In this document: one piece after another, positions 16,947 through 24,820 of the stretch
Numbering within the stretch: position 1 is the stretch's first letter
Layout of the letters: every line of letters begins with the position of its first letter
IMG/VR virus record: IMGVR_UViG_3300018432_000011
Location: 1-41,678 of that record
Direction: 5' to 3' (one strand)
Length of the DNA: 41,678 nt
DNA from: a virus
Program-made: the position numbers and the translations under genes
The notes under the pieces: model-generated
The model's database searches: none
What the model saw: only the letters and a program-made list of their open reading frames with translations
Told to the model about the DNA's origin: nothing

Positions 16947-17626
16947 TGGGTGCTCGCACGCTCTCGCGCCGGTCGGCCTCGACGGCGCATCCAGCACGCA
17001 AGCTGCTGCTCACGGGCGCGGCCGGATGCTTTGCCTCTACGCCGGACCACGCCAGCCTCGACATCACCGGTGACCTCGACATTCGTGTCGATTTGGCGAT
17101 GACGGACTGGACCCCCACCGCGGCACAGACGCTGATCGGGAAGTACCTCACCACGGGGAACCAGCGCTCCTACCGGTTGCGGGTCAACACGACGGGCACC
17201 TTGGATCTCATTTGGACGACGACCGGGGTCACGGCGATCGTCGTCGCGAGCACTGTTCCCATCCCAGCCACCGACGGCGCTCGGCTCGGCGTCCGCGCAA
17301 CGATCGACGTCGATGACGGCGCGGGCAATCACGTCGTCACCTTCTACACCTCACCCGACTTCGTCGCCTGGACACAGCTCGGCGACCCGGTGTCCACGGT
17401 CGGCACCACGTCGATCCACAGCGGCTCCTCCCCGATGGAGATCGGCCTCAACTCCGGGGCCTCCGAGCGCCTGGTCGGGCGCGTATGGCGGGCTGAGGTT
17501 CGCAACGGGATCGCTGGCACGGTCGTGGCGTCGCCCGACTTCCAGCCGGCATCGGCCGGGTCGGCGTCAGTCACGGATGCACAAGGGCGGGTGTTCACCC
17601 TCCAGGGCACCGCCGTCATCGCCTGA
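16946..17626 (+). CDS. Minor tail protein with LamG/concanavalin-like fold
   Basis: TAATG overlap. 226 aa. 'LLLTGAAGCFASTPDHASLDITGDLDIRVDLAMTDW....QTLIGKY....RSYRLRVNTTGTLDLIW' pattern. Only the 3' third of ORF 15806..17626 is real. Confidence 0.6.
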   Translation: MGARTLSRRSASTAHPARKLLLTGAAGCFASTPDHASLDITGDLDIRVDLAMTDWTPTAAQTLIGKYLTTGNQRSYRLRVNTTGTLDLIWTTTGVTAIVVASTVPIPATDGARLGVRATIDVDDGAGNHVVTFYTSPDFVAWTQLGDPVSTVGTTSIHSGSSPMEIGLNSGASERLVGRVWRAEVRNGIAGTVVASPDFQPASAGSASVTDAQGRVFTLQGTAVIA

Positions 17627-17654
17627 GCCCCACGAGTAAGGACGGAACGCATCC

Positions 17655-19412
17655 ATGGTCACGCCTCGCCTTGGTCTCGACATCCCCGAGATCGGCCTCG
17701 ACGGCCCCGAGTACGCGCAGATGGTCGGCGACGCCTTCGCTGCCCTCGACGAGGCGCTGTTCGTGTGGGTGGATGGATTCGGCGCGGTCGGCGACGGCTC
17801 CGTGGACGATTCCCAGGCGATCCTCGATGCCATCGAGTACATCGAGGAACAGAAGATCTCCGGCAACAGCGGAATCTGGGGCGCCTCGTCGATCCACAGC
17901 GGCACCCAGCCCATTCTCGCCTTCACTCCGGGGAAGCTGTACCGGCACGATGAGCCGATCCCGCTCGTCAACTACCACCGGGTGTGGGGTCGCGGCGCGG
18001 CGCTCGTCGCCCCTGACGACGTCGATCACTTCACCGAGATCCGGTACGACTTCCTGTGCGAGGGGCTGAAGTTCCGTCGCGGCCATCACACCTTCGGGGT
18101 GTCGACCGACAACGTCGGTGCGGCCACCATCGGCATCCGAGACGTCGAGGTCATCGAGCCCCAGGGCACCGTCGTGAAGGACGACGGCGGGGCCCTCTCT
18201 CGGTCGACGGCGCTCCGATGGTCCGGGGGACGGATCATCGCCAACACCACTCCGGGCGTGGTTGCCTACGACGCTGGGTTCGACCTGGCGCATTTCGATG
18301 GCCTCTGGATCAATGCCGGCGGCACGTCGGCGTTCAAGACGAATCGCGGCGTCCTGCACCTCGACGGCATCCTCGGTGTCCCGCAGAACGCCACGGGCGA
18401 GTGGGTCCACCTCGACGGCGGCAGCGTCCTGATCGACGGCATGAGCCGGCTCGGCGGCGAGGGCGGAGGCAAGCTCGCCATCAAGTGCGACACGGCCATG
18501 GACATCGACGCCGCCCCGGACATGACGTTCTGCAAGGTGCGCGACTCGAAGATCTACGGCCCGGCGGTGGCGGAGTTCTACGCCCTGCCCAACATCATCG
18601 AGTTCGTCGGCAACAGCGGGTTCACCGGCACCGAGGGCATCCTGTTCGACTCGACCATCTCGGCCGACGACCGGGCCCAGTTCGCCGTGACGGGCCGCTT
18701 CACGATCGACGGCAACCAGGCCGACATCGCCCTGACCGGCGCCGGCCTGTCGGACCCGGACGTGCTCGCGATGGTGCTCACGGGCAAGCCGCCGGCGGTC
18801 GCCGGCTACATCGGCGTCGACGAGCTAGCCCGGAGCCTCGAGGCCAGCGACTCGAGCTATGGCCGAGCCATCTCGCAGAGCAACACCACGTCGAATGCAC
18901 CGACCGGCCTATTCGGTCAGACGATGACCGAGGTGACCGCCACAGCGGACGCCGCCTTCTGGCAGCGCACCTACTCCTCAGCCCTGACCGGGCTCGACGA
19001 CACCACCTACACGGCGACCTTCGAGGTCGACGTCACGAACTACCCGGTCACGGTGCGCCTGAGCACCGCGCAGCACGTGGAGTACCTCACGCTCCCCGTC
19101 GGTCGACACATCCTGTCGCACTCCTTCCCCTACATCGATGGGACGAGCGGCACTCAGGTCACGTGCCGCATCGAGGACATGAAGTCCGGGACGATCGTCC
19201 GGGTCGGGACCTACCGGGTGCTGAAGGGCGTACATCGGCTGACCACCCCGAACATCGTCGCCTACGGCACTGCCGTGCCGACCGTCGGCAAATGGCTCGA
19301 CGGCGACAGGGTCATCAATAGCCAGCCGGCGGCCGCGGGCGCGCCGGAGTGGGTCTGCACCACCACCGGCACGCCCGGCACCTGGAAGGCATACGGCGTG
19401 GTCGCAGCGTGA
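17655..19412 (+). CDS. Tailspike-like beta-helix protein (pectate-lyase-3-like; candidate polysaccharide depolymerase)
   Basis: 'VDGFGAVGDGSVDDSQAILDAI' is the N-terminal signature of the Pectate_lyase_3 / tailspike beta-helix family. 585 aa in the tail module. Confidence 0.65.
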   Translation: MVTPRLGLDIPEIGLDGPEYAQMVGDAFAALDEALFVWVDGFGAVGDGSVDDSQAILDAIEYIEEQKISGNSGIWGASSIHSGTQPILAFTPGKLYRHDEPIPLVNYHRVWGRGAALVAPDDVDHFTEIRYDFLCEGLKFRRGHHTFGVSTDNVGAATIGIRDVEVIEPQGTVVKDDGGALSRSTALRWSGGRIIANTTPGVVAYDAGFDLAHFDGLWINAGGTSAFKTNRGVLHLDGILGVPQNATGEWVHLDGGSVLIDGMSRLGGEGGGKLAIKCDTAMDIDAAPDMTFCKVRDSKIYGPAVAEFYALPNIIEFVGNSGFTGTEGILFDSTISADDRAQFAVTGRFTIDGNQADIALTGAGLSDPDVLAMVLTGKPPAVAGYIGVDELARSLEASDSSYGRAISQSNTTSNAPTGLFGQTMTEVTATADAAFWQRTYSSALTGLDDTTYTATFEVDVTNYPVTVRLSTAQHVEYLTLPVGRHILSHSFPYIDGTSGTQVTCRIEDMKSGTIVRVGTYRVLKGVHRLTTPNIVAYGTAVPTVGKWLDGDRVINSQPAAAGAPEWVCTTTGTPGTWKAYGVVAA

Positions 19413-21967
19413 CCGCCACGCTGGTCGACGCCCTTATGGGCGAGGGCGAGCTCGAGCTCGACCTGGACTACGACGGCGACCTGGTGGCCGCGCTCAAGCA
19501 CTATCGGACGCTGCACGTCTACCAAGGCGAGGACCCGATCGGGCCCGGGTTCATCCTCCTGTGGCGCACGCCGGCTCGCGGCGGCCTCCGAATCGGTGGC
19601 CGTGCCCTCGACTGGCGACTCGGCCAGGACGGCGACGGCGCCATCGTGCTCGACCGGGAGTACCTGGCGTGCACGAACAAGCTCTCGAACCCGGGATTCG
19701 AGCTTGAGGCCCTCTACTGGGCGCGCCGCGAGGGGACCAACTGGCGGATCCGATCGGTCGCGGCCGAGCCCTACGCGGGGTCGTGGGCCGCCGCTGTGAT
19801 CGCCGATGGAGACAAGGACGACGTCCTCGCCACGGACGAGGGCGGCTGGGAGGCTCGCGAGGGCAATCAGTTCACGGCGACGCTCCGGGCCCGGCGGGTG
19901 TCGGGGTCGGTAGGACACCTCCGGCTGCGCATCGTGTTCGAGGGCCGGTTCGACCCGGCCCAGCTGCTGACCAACGGCTCGTTCGCGACCGCAGACGACT
20001 GGACGAACACTTCCGCCGTCGGAGGCGACGCGGCCATCGAGTCTGGGCACCTGCGCATCGGCCCCACGACGAAGCTGCAGCGGATCCAGAATCCCAGCTT
20101 TGAGGACGGCCTCAACTTCTGGCAGGAGGACACGGGGGACTGGTTCGCCACCGACATCGCCGTGACGCCGGTCGACGGCGACTTCGTGGTCGGAACGGCT
20201 GCCGGCGGGCCCGCCCAGAAGACCCTGCAGGTAGACCGCAACCCCGGCGTCAATCAGAGCTACTCCGTCACCCCCGGCGAGCGGTATCTCCTCGACGGGT
20301 GGATTCGGCCGAACCCTGGTGCGGACGGCGTCGCGTACATCTACACGTACGTGGGCGACGAGACCTTTCCGCTGAATGCCTCGTGGATCTACCTGGAGAC
20401 GGTCGACAACGCCGGAGGCGGCGGGAGCGACTGGCGGTGGTGTCACAAAGAGTTCGACATTCCTGAGACGAAGATCGCCCTCGTCCCGATGTGCGAGGTC
20501 CTCGACCACACAGCGGGAAACGATTGGTACTTCGACCGGGTTCAGCTCACCCGCCTGAAGGGCAACAAGGCAGGCTACCAGCACGACAGCTTCGCGGTCA
20601 CGCCAGAGCGCACGTACCGGGTGCTCGCCCGAGTCACCCCGGACGAGGAGATCTTCGAGGGCACGCTGCGAGCATCCGTGCTCCTGACCGCTACCGGGCG
20701 CGACCCCATCGTCATGGAATCGCCGGCCCTCGAGCGCGGCGACGCCACCCGCCAGCTGCTCGCCTGGGACTTCACCCCGCCGTCGGGCTACGGCACCGCG
20801 GCACTGTCGTTCGTCGGCCTCGACGTCTTCGGCGGGTCCTTCATCATCGACAACGCCAGCGTGACCGACGCCGACGGTTCCACTGTCGTGTTCGACGAGC
20901 TCGTCGGTCCGACCAAGGCCAGCTGGGAGCCGGTCGTGAGCCTCACGGCGACCGCTCCTGAAGGCACCGAGGCCGTCCGCCTGGAGGTCGTGGCCGAGGC
21001 CGACGCCAGCGGCTGGCGCATCGACGACGCGTCCCTGGCCCGCGTGGGCACGCCGGCGGTGAGCGGAGACGTAATCCGGTCCCTGCTACTCGACCCCGAC
21101 ACCGGCGACGCCCTCATGAACGAGGGCGAAATCCACGGCACGGACACCCTCCTCTTCGACAAGCACTTCATTCGCCAGGACCTGCGCTCGATGTTCAAGG
21201 ACGTCTCGCGCGGCGGCGTGGTCTCGCCGGTGAGGGAGTGGCGCGTGAATCCCGACAACAGCCTGGATTGGGGCACGGCCGAGCAGCTCTTCACCGACCG
21301 CACCGAGCTCGTGTTCGCTCCGGGCGACCTTGAGCTTCTCGAGGAGCCCACGGTCGAGCAGAACGTCGAGGACCGGGTCACTGACGTGATCGTCGTTGGT
21401 GCCGAGCGGCAGCTGGCCAACGGGCGCAGGGTGACCATCATCGGCTCGGCCAGCAACGAGCCTGGGCCCGACGACGTGGACTGGTACGGCAACCCGGTGC
21501 GCCGCAAGCGCGTCGTCGAGGACTCGACCGTCGATCACAAGGCCTACGCCGACGCTCTGGCCCGCTGGCACCTCGACCAGTCCACCGCCCTCGGCGAGGT
21601 CGTGCAGCTGAAGCTGGCGGACTGGCGGGCCGTCGGCCCGTTCGGCGTCGGCGACTGGATCTACCCGTGGCTGCCGGAGGCGGAGCTCGAGGACCTCGAC
21701 AACCCGGTCGAGCACCAGGGCCGCACGACCTATCCCAAGCGAGTACGGGCGCTCGTGCGGGTCTGGCGGATGGGCGCCGGGTCGTTCCGGGTCGAGGCCC
21801 GGGCCCCAGACGGGTCCACGCTCGACATCAGCAGAGCGGTCCGCTGGGAGAACGAGACGACGGCCGAGGTGACCGTCGGCGAGGTCGTGCCCGAGTTCCT
21901 CGTCGACCCCCAGGGCGGAGCCGCGGGCAACCAGTTCTTGCGCTGGCGCGCCAGCCGGCCGCAGTAG
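19409..21967 (+). CDS. Large minor tail protein with repeated CBM-like jelly-roll modules
   Basis: GTG 19409 (GTGA overlap). 852 aa. Three module starts, 'LSNPGFELEALYW', 'LTNGSFATADDW' and 'IQNPSFEDGLNFW', resemble CBM4/9/galactose-binding-like domains. The C-terminal ~300 aa is unassigned. Confidence 0.6.
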   Translation: MTATLVDALMGEGELELDLDYDGDLVAALKHYRTLHVYQGEDPIGPGFILLWRTPARGGLRIGGRALDWRLGQDGDGAIVLDREYLACTNKLSNPGFELEALYWARREGTNWRIRSVAAEPYAGSWAAAVIADGDKDDVLATDEGGWEAREGNQFTATLRARRVSGSVGHLRLRIVFEGRFDPAQLLTNGSFATADDWTNTSAVGGDAAIESGHLRIGPTTKLQRIQNPSFEDGLNFWQEDTGDWFATDIAVTPVDGDFVVGTAAGGPAQKTLQVDRNPGVNQSYSVTPGERYLLDGWIRPNPGADGVAYIYTYVGDETFPLNASWIYLETVDNAGGGGSDWRWCHKEFDIPETKIALVPMCEVLDHTAGNDWYFDRVQLTRLKGNKAGYQHDSFAVTPERTYRVLARVTPDEEIFEGTLRASVLLTATGRDPIVMESPALERGDATRQLLAWDFTPPSGYGTAALSFVGLDVFGGSFIIDNASVTDADGSTVVFDELVGPTKASWEPVVSLTATAPEGTEAVRLEVVAEADASGWRIDDASLARVGTPAVSGDVIRSLLLDPDTGDALMNEGEIHGTDTLLFDKHFIRQDLRSMFKDVSRGGVVSPVREWRVNPDNSLDWGTAEQLFTDRTELVFAPGDLELLEEPTVEQNVEDRVTDVIVVGAERQLANGRRVTIIGSASNEPGPDDVDWYGNPVRRKRVVEDSTVDHKAYADALARWHLDQSTALGEVVQLKLADWRAVGPFGVGDWIYPWLPEAELEDLDNPVEHQGRTTYPKRVRALVRVWRMGAGSFRVEARAPDGSTLDISRAVRWENETTAEVTVGEVVPEFLVDPQGGAAGNQFLRWRASRPQ

Positions 21968-21980
21968 GGAGAGGAATCCC

Positions 21981-22121
21981 ATGAGCGCCCATTCAGACGA
22001 CGTGGTCGCGCGCATCCAGGCGGCGCGGAGCGACGAGGAAGCCCGGCGTATCGAGGCGGCCTCGCTCGTTGAGACAGACAAGCAGCCTGAGGACCCCGGA
22101 GCGGACGATGCCGACGTCTGA
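21981..22121 (+). CDS. Small acidic hypothetical protein (46 aa; not in ORF track)
   Basis: ATG 21981 with GGGAGAGG upstream. High GC3. Overlaps the endolysin start by 14 nt. Confidence 0.4.
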   Translation: MSAHSDDVVARIQAARSDEEARRIEAASLVETDKQPEDPGADDADV

Positions 22122-22833
22122 CGACGTCATCGCCCTCGCCACGACGGATATCGGAGTCGTCGAATCGCCGCCAAACAGCAACCGGACCAAGTTCGGGCGT
22201 TGGTACGGGCTCGACGGCCAGCCCTACTGCGCGATGGCCGTCAGCTACTGGTTCCACATGGCGGGCCTGCCCCTGCCCGCCTCGACGAGCAAGGGGTTCG
22301 CCTACACGCCCTCGGGGGCGGTCTGGTTCCAGCAGCGGAGCCGCTGGACGACCAAGCCGGCGCGCGGCCACGTCGTGTTCTTCGACTTCCCCGGCGACGG
22401 CGTCAACCGCATCAGTCACGTCGGGCTGGTGGAGGCCGTCCGCGCTGATGGGTCGATCGTGACCATCGAGGCCAACACCTCGCCCGGCAACGGCGGCTCA
22501 CAGCGCGACGGCGGTGGGGTCTACCGCCGCATCAGATCGACCGGGATCGTCGGCTACGGCGTGCCCGCCTACACGGCCTCACCGAACCAGGAGGACTTCA
22601 TGGCAACCCTGTCCGAGGAGGAGAAGGCCGAGCTGATCGCCGGCGTCAAGGAGACGCGACAGATCGTCAACAACCTCCAGGCCGTCGCCACCCGCGACAT
22701 CGACACGTTGCGGCCGCTGCTCGCCGAGGTGCTCGAGGCCGTCAAGGCCAACCCATCGTCCGGCAGCGGCGGACCTGGCGGCGTCACCGCCGATGCCTTG
22801 GCGGACGAGCTCGCCGCCCGGCTGGCGGGCTGA
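22108..22833 (+). CDS. Endolysin, CHAP-domain peptidase/amidase with an atypical helical C-terminal region
   Basis: ATG 22108 with GGAG 7 nt upstream. Cys motif 'GQPYCAMAVSYWF' and His motif 'ISHVGLVEAV..DGSIVTIEANTS'. The C-terminal ~70 aa has no recognisable wall-binding repeat. Confidence 0.8.
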   Translation: MPTSDDVIALATTDIGVVESPPNSNRTKFGRWYGLDGQPYCAMAVSYWFHMAGLPLPASTSKGFAYTPSGAVWFQQRSRWTTKPARGHVVFFDFPGDGVNRISHVGLVEAVRADGSIVTIEANTSPGNGGSQRDGGGVYRRIRSTGIVGYGVPAYTASPNQEDFMATLSEEEKAELIAGVKETRQIVNNLQAVATRDIDTLRPLLAEVLEAVKANPSSGSGGPGGVTADALADELAARLAG

Positions 22834-22970
22834 TGAAGCCGCTCCTGCACACCGAGGTCGGGCTCGCCCTGGGCGCCGTCGTCGTGTTGGGCGCCGGAGC
22901 CGTCCTCGTGGCGTTCGTGAAGGTGGTCCGGTACGGCGCCAGGGCCCACGAAGCCGTCTTCGGTCGGTGA
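22833..22970 (+). CDS. Small single-TM membrane protein (45 aa; holin-like candidate; not in ORF track)
   Basis: TGATG overlap with the endolysin. Hydrophobic core 'VGLALGAVVVLGAGAVLVAFV' followed by a basic tail. Confidence 0.5.
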   Translation: MKPLLHTEVGLALGAVVVLGAGAVLVAFVKVVRYGARAHEAVFGR

Positions 22971-23362
22971 CCGCCGCCATGATCCCGGTTCCCGCCCGCA
23001 GGAAGGGGCAGTCGGCGATCAATGCCCTCTGGCTCGTCATCGCACTCCTGAGCGCCGCTGTCGTCTACCTCGTGTTCCAGGCCGCCAGCCTCGGCGACCA
23101 GGTCACCCGGCTCAGCACGGACGTGAGCGGCAACCGCACCGCCACCTACCAGTCCCGGTCGGTCGGGTGTCGCATCCTGCTCGCCCACGGCCTCCATCCG
23201 CCCCAGGACGACCCGTGCAACGACGCACGGGTCCTCCGCTACTACGACCCGGCCGACGTACCCTCGGCGGCCACCTCCCAAGACGCCATGAAGAACCGCC
23301 GCGTCTCCTGCGAGATCCTTCGCCGCCTCGACGGCGACGACCCCGCGTGCCAGGGGCTGTAG
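22967..23362 (+). CDS. Signal-anchored membrane protein with 4 Cys (paralog A)
   Basis: GTG 22967 (GTGA overlap) or ATG 22979. TM segment 'ALWLVIALLSAAVVYLVF', then 'LGDQVTRLS', 'CRILL', 'YDPAD', and a terminal 'ACQGL'. Confidence 0.6.
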   Translation: MTAAMIPVPARRKGQSAINALWLVIALLSAAVVYLVFQAASLGDQVTRLSTDVSGNRTATYQSRSVGCRILLAHGLHPPQDDPCNDARVLRYYDPADVPSAATSQDAMKNRRVSCEILRRLDGDDPACQGL

Positions 23363-23680
23363 GTGTTCGCCTCCGCGGCGACCCTCGTGCTCACGGCAGT
23401 CGTGCTCGCGCAGGCCGACCCATCCCCCATAGACCCCACCGACCTCAAGATCCTCGGGCCGTTGGCACCCTTCATCGGGTTCCTGTTCTGGCAGCTCTAT
23501 CGCGAAAGCAAGAAGCGCGAGGAGGCCGAGGTGCTCTCAAGACAGCTCTACCAATCCCAGCTCGACAAGTACGAGCCGGCCATGCGGACGATGCAGACCG
23601 AGATGACGGCGGTGCTCCGCGACGCCATAGCGGAGATCGCCGAATCGAGGGCAGACCGTCAAGCCAGGCGGCCCCGATGA
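23363..23680 (+). CDS. Two-hydrophobic-segment membrane protein with charged coiled-coil tail (holin-like candidate)
   Basis: GTG directly after TAG. Segments 'FASAATLVLTAVVLAQA' and 'LGPLAPFIGFLFWQLY', then a Lys/Glu-rich tail. Confidence 0.6.
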   Translation: MFASAATLVLTAVVLAQADPSPIDPTDLKILGPLAPFIGFLFWQLYRESKKREEAEVLSRQLYQSQLDKYEPAMRTMQTEMTAVLRDAIAEIAESRADRQARRPR

Positions 23681-23820
23681 GGTGGCCGTGGCAGCAGAAG
23701 CGAGAGCCGCCGCCGTCGCGTGAGCAGGTGGACGCCTCCGTCGCCCGCATGAGCCGACATGCCGACGACATCATGGCGATGGTCCAGGCCATCCGAGAAG
23801 AACGGGAGGCCCCCAGGTGA
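23677..23820 (+). CDS. Small hypothetical protein (47 aa)
   Basis: ATGA overlap. High GC3. Only the 3' end of ORF 23167..23820 is used. Confidence 0.4.
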   Translation: MRWPWQQKREPPPSREQVDASVARMSRHADDIMAMVQAIREEREAPR

Positions 23821-24260
23821 CGGCGGAGAAGGTGCTCGGCCAGAAGGACCCCATCAGGGCGCTCGACGCCTTCCGGGAGCTCGACATCGAGGAGAAGCTC
23901 GTCGCCGTGTTCGCCGACGGGGCGATCCTCCGCCACGAGTCCCGGCTCATCGAGGGCATCGTGATCGAGTTCCGTCGGTGGGGCCGGCGCCTGCTCGTGG
24001 TGCTCGCCATCGCGCTCGCCACGCTCATCGGCCTCGCTCTGGGCAACCGCCAACTCGGCGTCGAGACGACGCGCCTGAGCGAGCAGATCATCGAGTGCAC
24101 CACCCCCGGCACCGAATGCACCAACCGCGCCCAGAGCGGCAGCGGTCAGGCCTGCGCCGTGCTCCTGCTGCAGAACGACAACCGCCTGGTGAACGGCTAC
24201 GACCCGGACGCCGACGGCGCCGTCGACACAATCCCCGTACCGAAGGAGTGTCAGCCATGA
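23817..24260 (+). CDS. Membrane-anchored protein with 4 Cys (paralog B)
   Basis: GTGA overlap. Central TM segment 'LLVVLAIALATLIGLAL', then 'LGVETTRLS', 'CAVLLL', 'YDPDAD', and a terminal 'ECQP'. Same motif order as 22967..23362. Confidence 0.65.
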   Translation: MTAEKVLGQKDPIRALDAFRELDIEEKLVAVFADGAILRHESRLIEGIVIEFRRWGRRLLVVLAIALATLIGLALGNRQLGVETTRLSEQIIECTTPGTECTNRAQSGSGQACAVLLLQNDNRLVNGYDPDADGAVDTIPVPKECQP

Positions 24261-24541
24261 CCACAGACACGTTCGTCGTTCGCATGGTGGTGGGCATCCT
24301 CGGCGTCATCGCCATCGGCGCCCTGGGGACCATCGCCGTGCTCGCCAACCGCCAGCTCGGCATCCCCGACGCCCTCATCGCCATCGAGTCGGCCTCGCTC
24401 GGCGCCATCGGCGGTCTGCTGGCCAAGACGTCCACGGAGCCCACCGATGGCGGCCACGCCGACATCGTGACGGTGGCGTGGTTCTTGCTCGCCGCCATCG
24501 CTCTTGTGCTGCTGGCCCAGCTGCTCGGAGTGACGTGGTGA
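24257..24541 (+). CDS. Three-TM small membrane protein (94 aa; holin-like candidate)
   Basis: ATGA overlap. Three hydrophobic stretches. Only the 3' end of ORF 23759..24541 is used. Confidence 0.6.
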   Translation: MTTDTFVVRMVVGILGVIAIGALGTIAVLANRQLGIPDALIAIESASLGAIGGLLAKTSTEPTDGGHADIVTVAWFLLAAIALVLLAQLLGVTW

Positions 24542-24744
24542 GCGACGTTCCTGAGCACGCCAACCGCACGCGCGCTGAGGTGTACCCCGACGAGGCCGGC
24601 GAGTGGCGGTCCCGGGTGTTCGACGCCAACGGCCACGAGCTGTTCAAGTCGTCGGAGGGCTACGACGACCAGGACGACTGCGTGTCGGTCATCAAGTCCC
24701 GGTTCGGCTCCATCCTCATCGACTACCTCGACGCCGCTCCGTAA
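24538..24744 (+). CDS. YegP/DUF1508-like small protein
   Basis: GTG 24538 (GTGA overlap). 'GEWRSRVFDANGHELFKSSEGYDDQDDCVSVIKS' fits the DUF1508 repeat pattern (F.F.L.A.NG..i..S.e.Y......gi.sv). Confidence 0.55.
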   Translation: MSDVPEHANRTRAEVYPDEAGEWRSRVFDANGHELFKSSEGYDDQDDCVSVIKSRFGSILIDYLDAAP

Positions 24745-24763
24745 CGACGCGGCTCTCCGATCG

Positions 24764-24811
24764 AAGGCCCCGGCCCCCTTGCCTCTCTTGGCGAGGTCAG
24801 GCCGGGGCTTT
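24764..24811. terminator. Strong hairpin between convergent operons (bidirectional terminator candidate)
   Basis: gccccggcc (24767-24775) pairs with ggccggggc (24800-24808), extended by G-U and A-U pairs to 24764/24811, with T-rich sequence (tttgtcgcgttg) on the + side. Lies between stop 24744 (+) and stop 24821 (-). Confidence 0.65.
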
Positions 24812-24820
24812 GTCGCGTTG

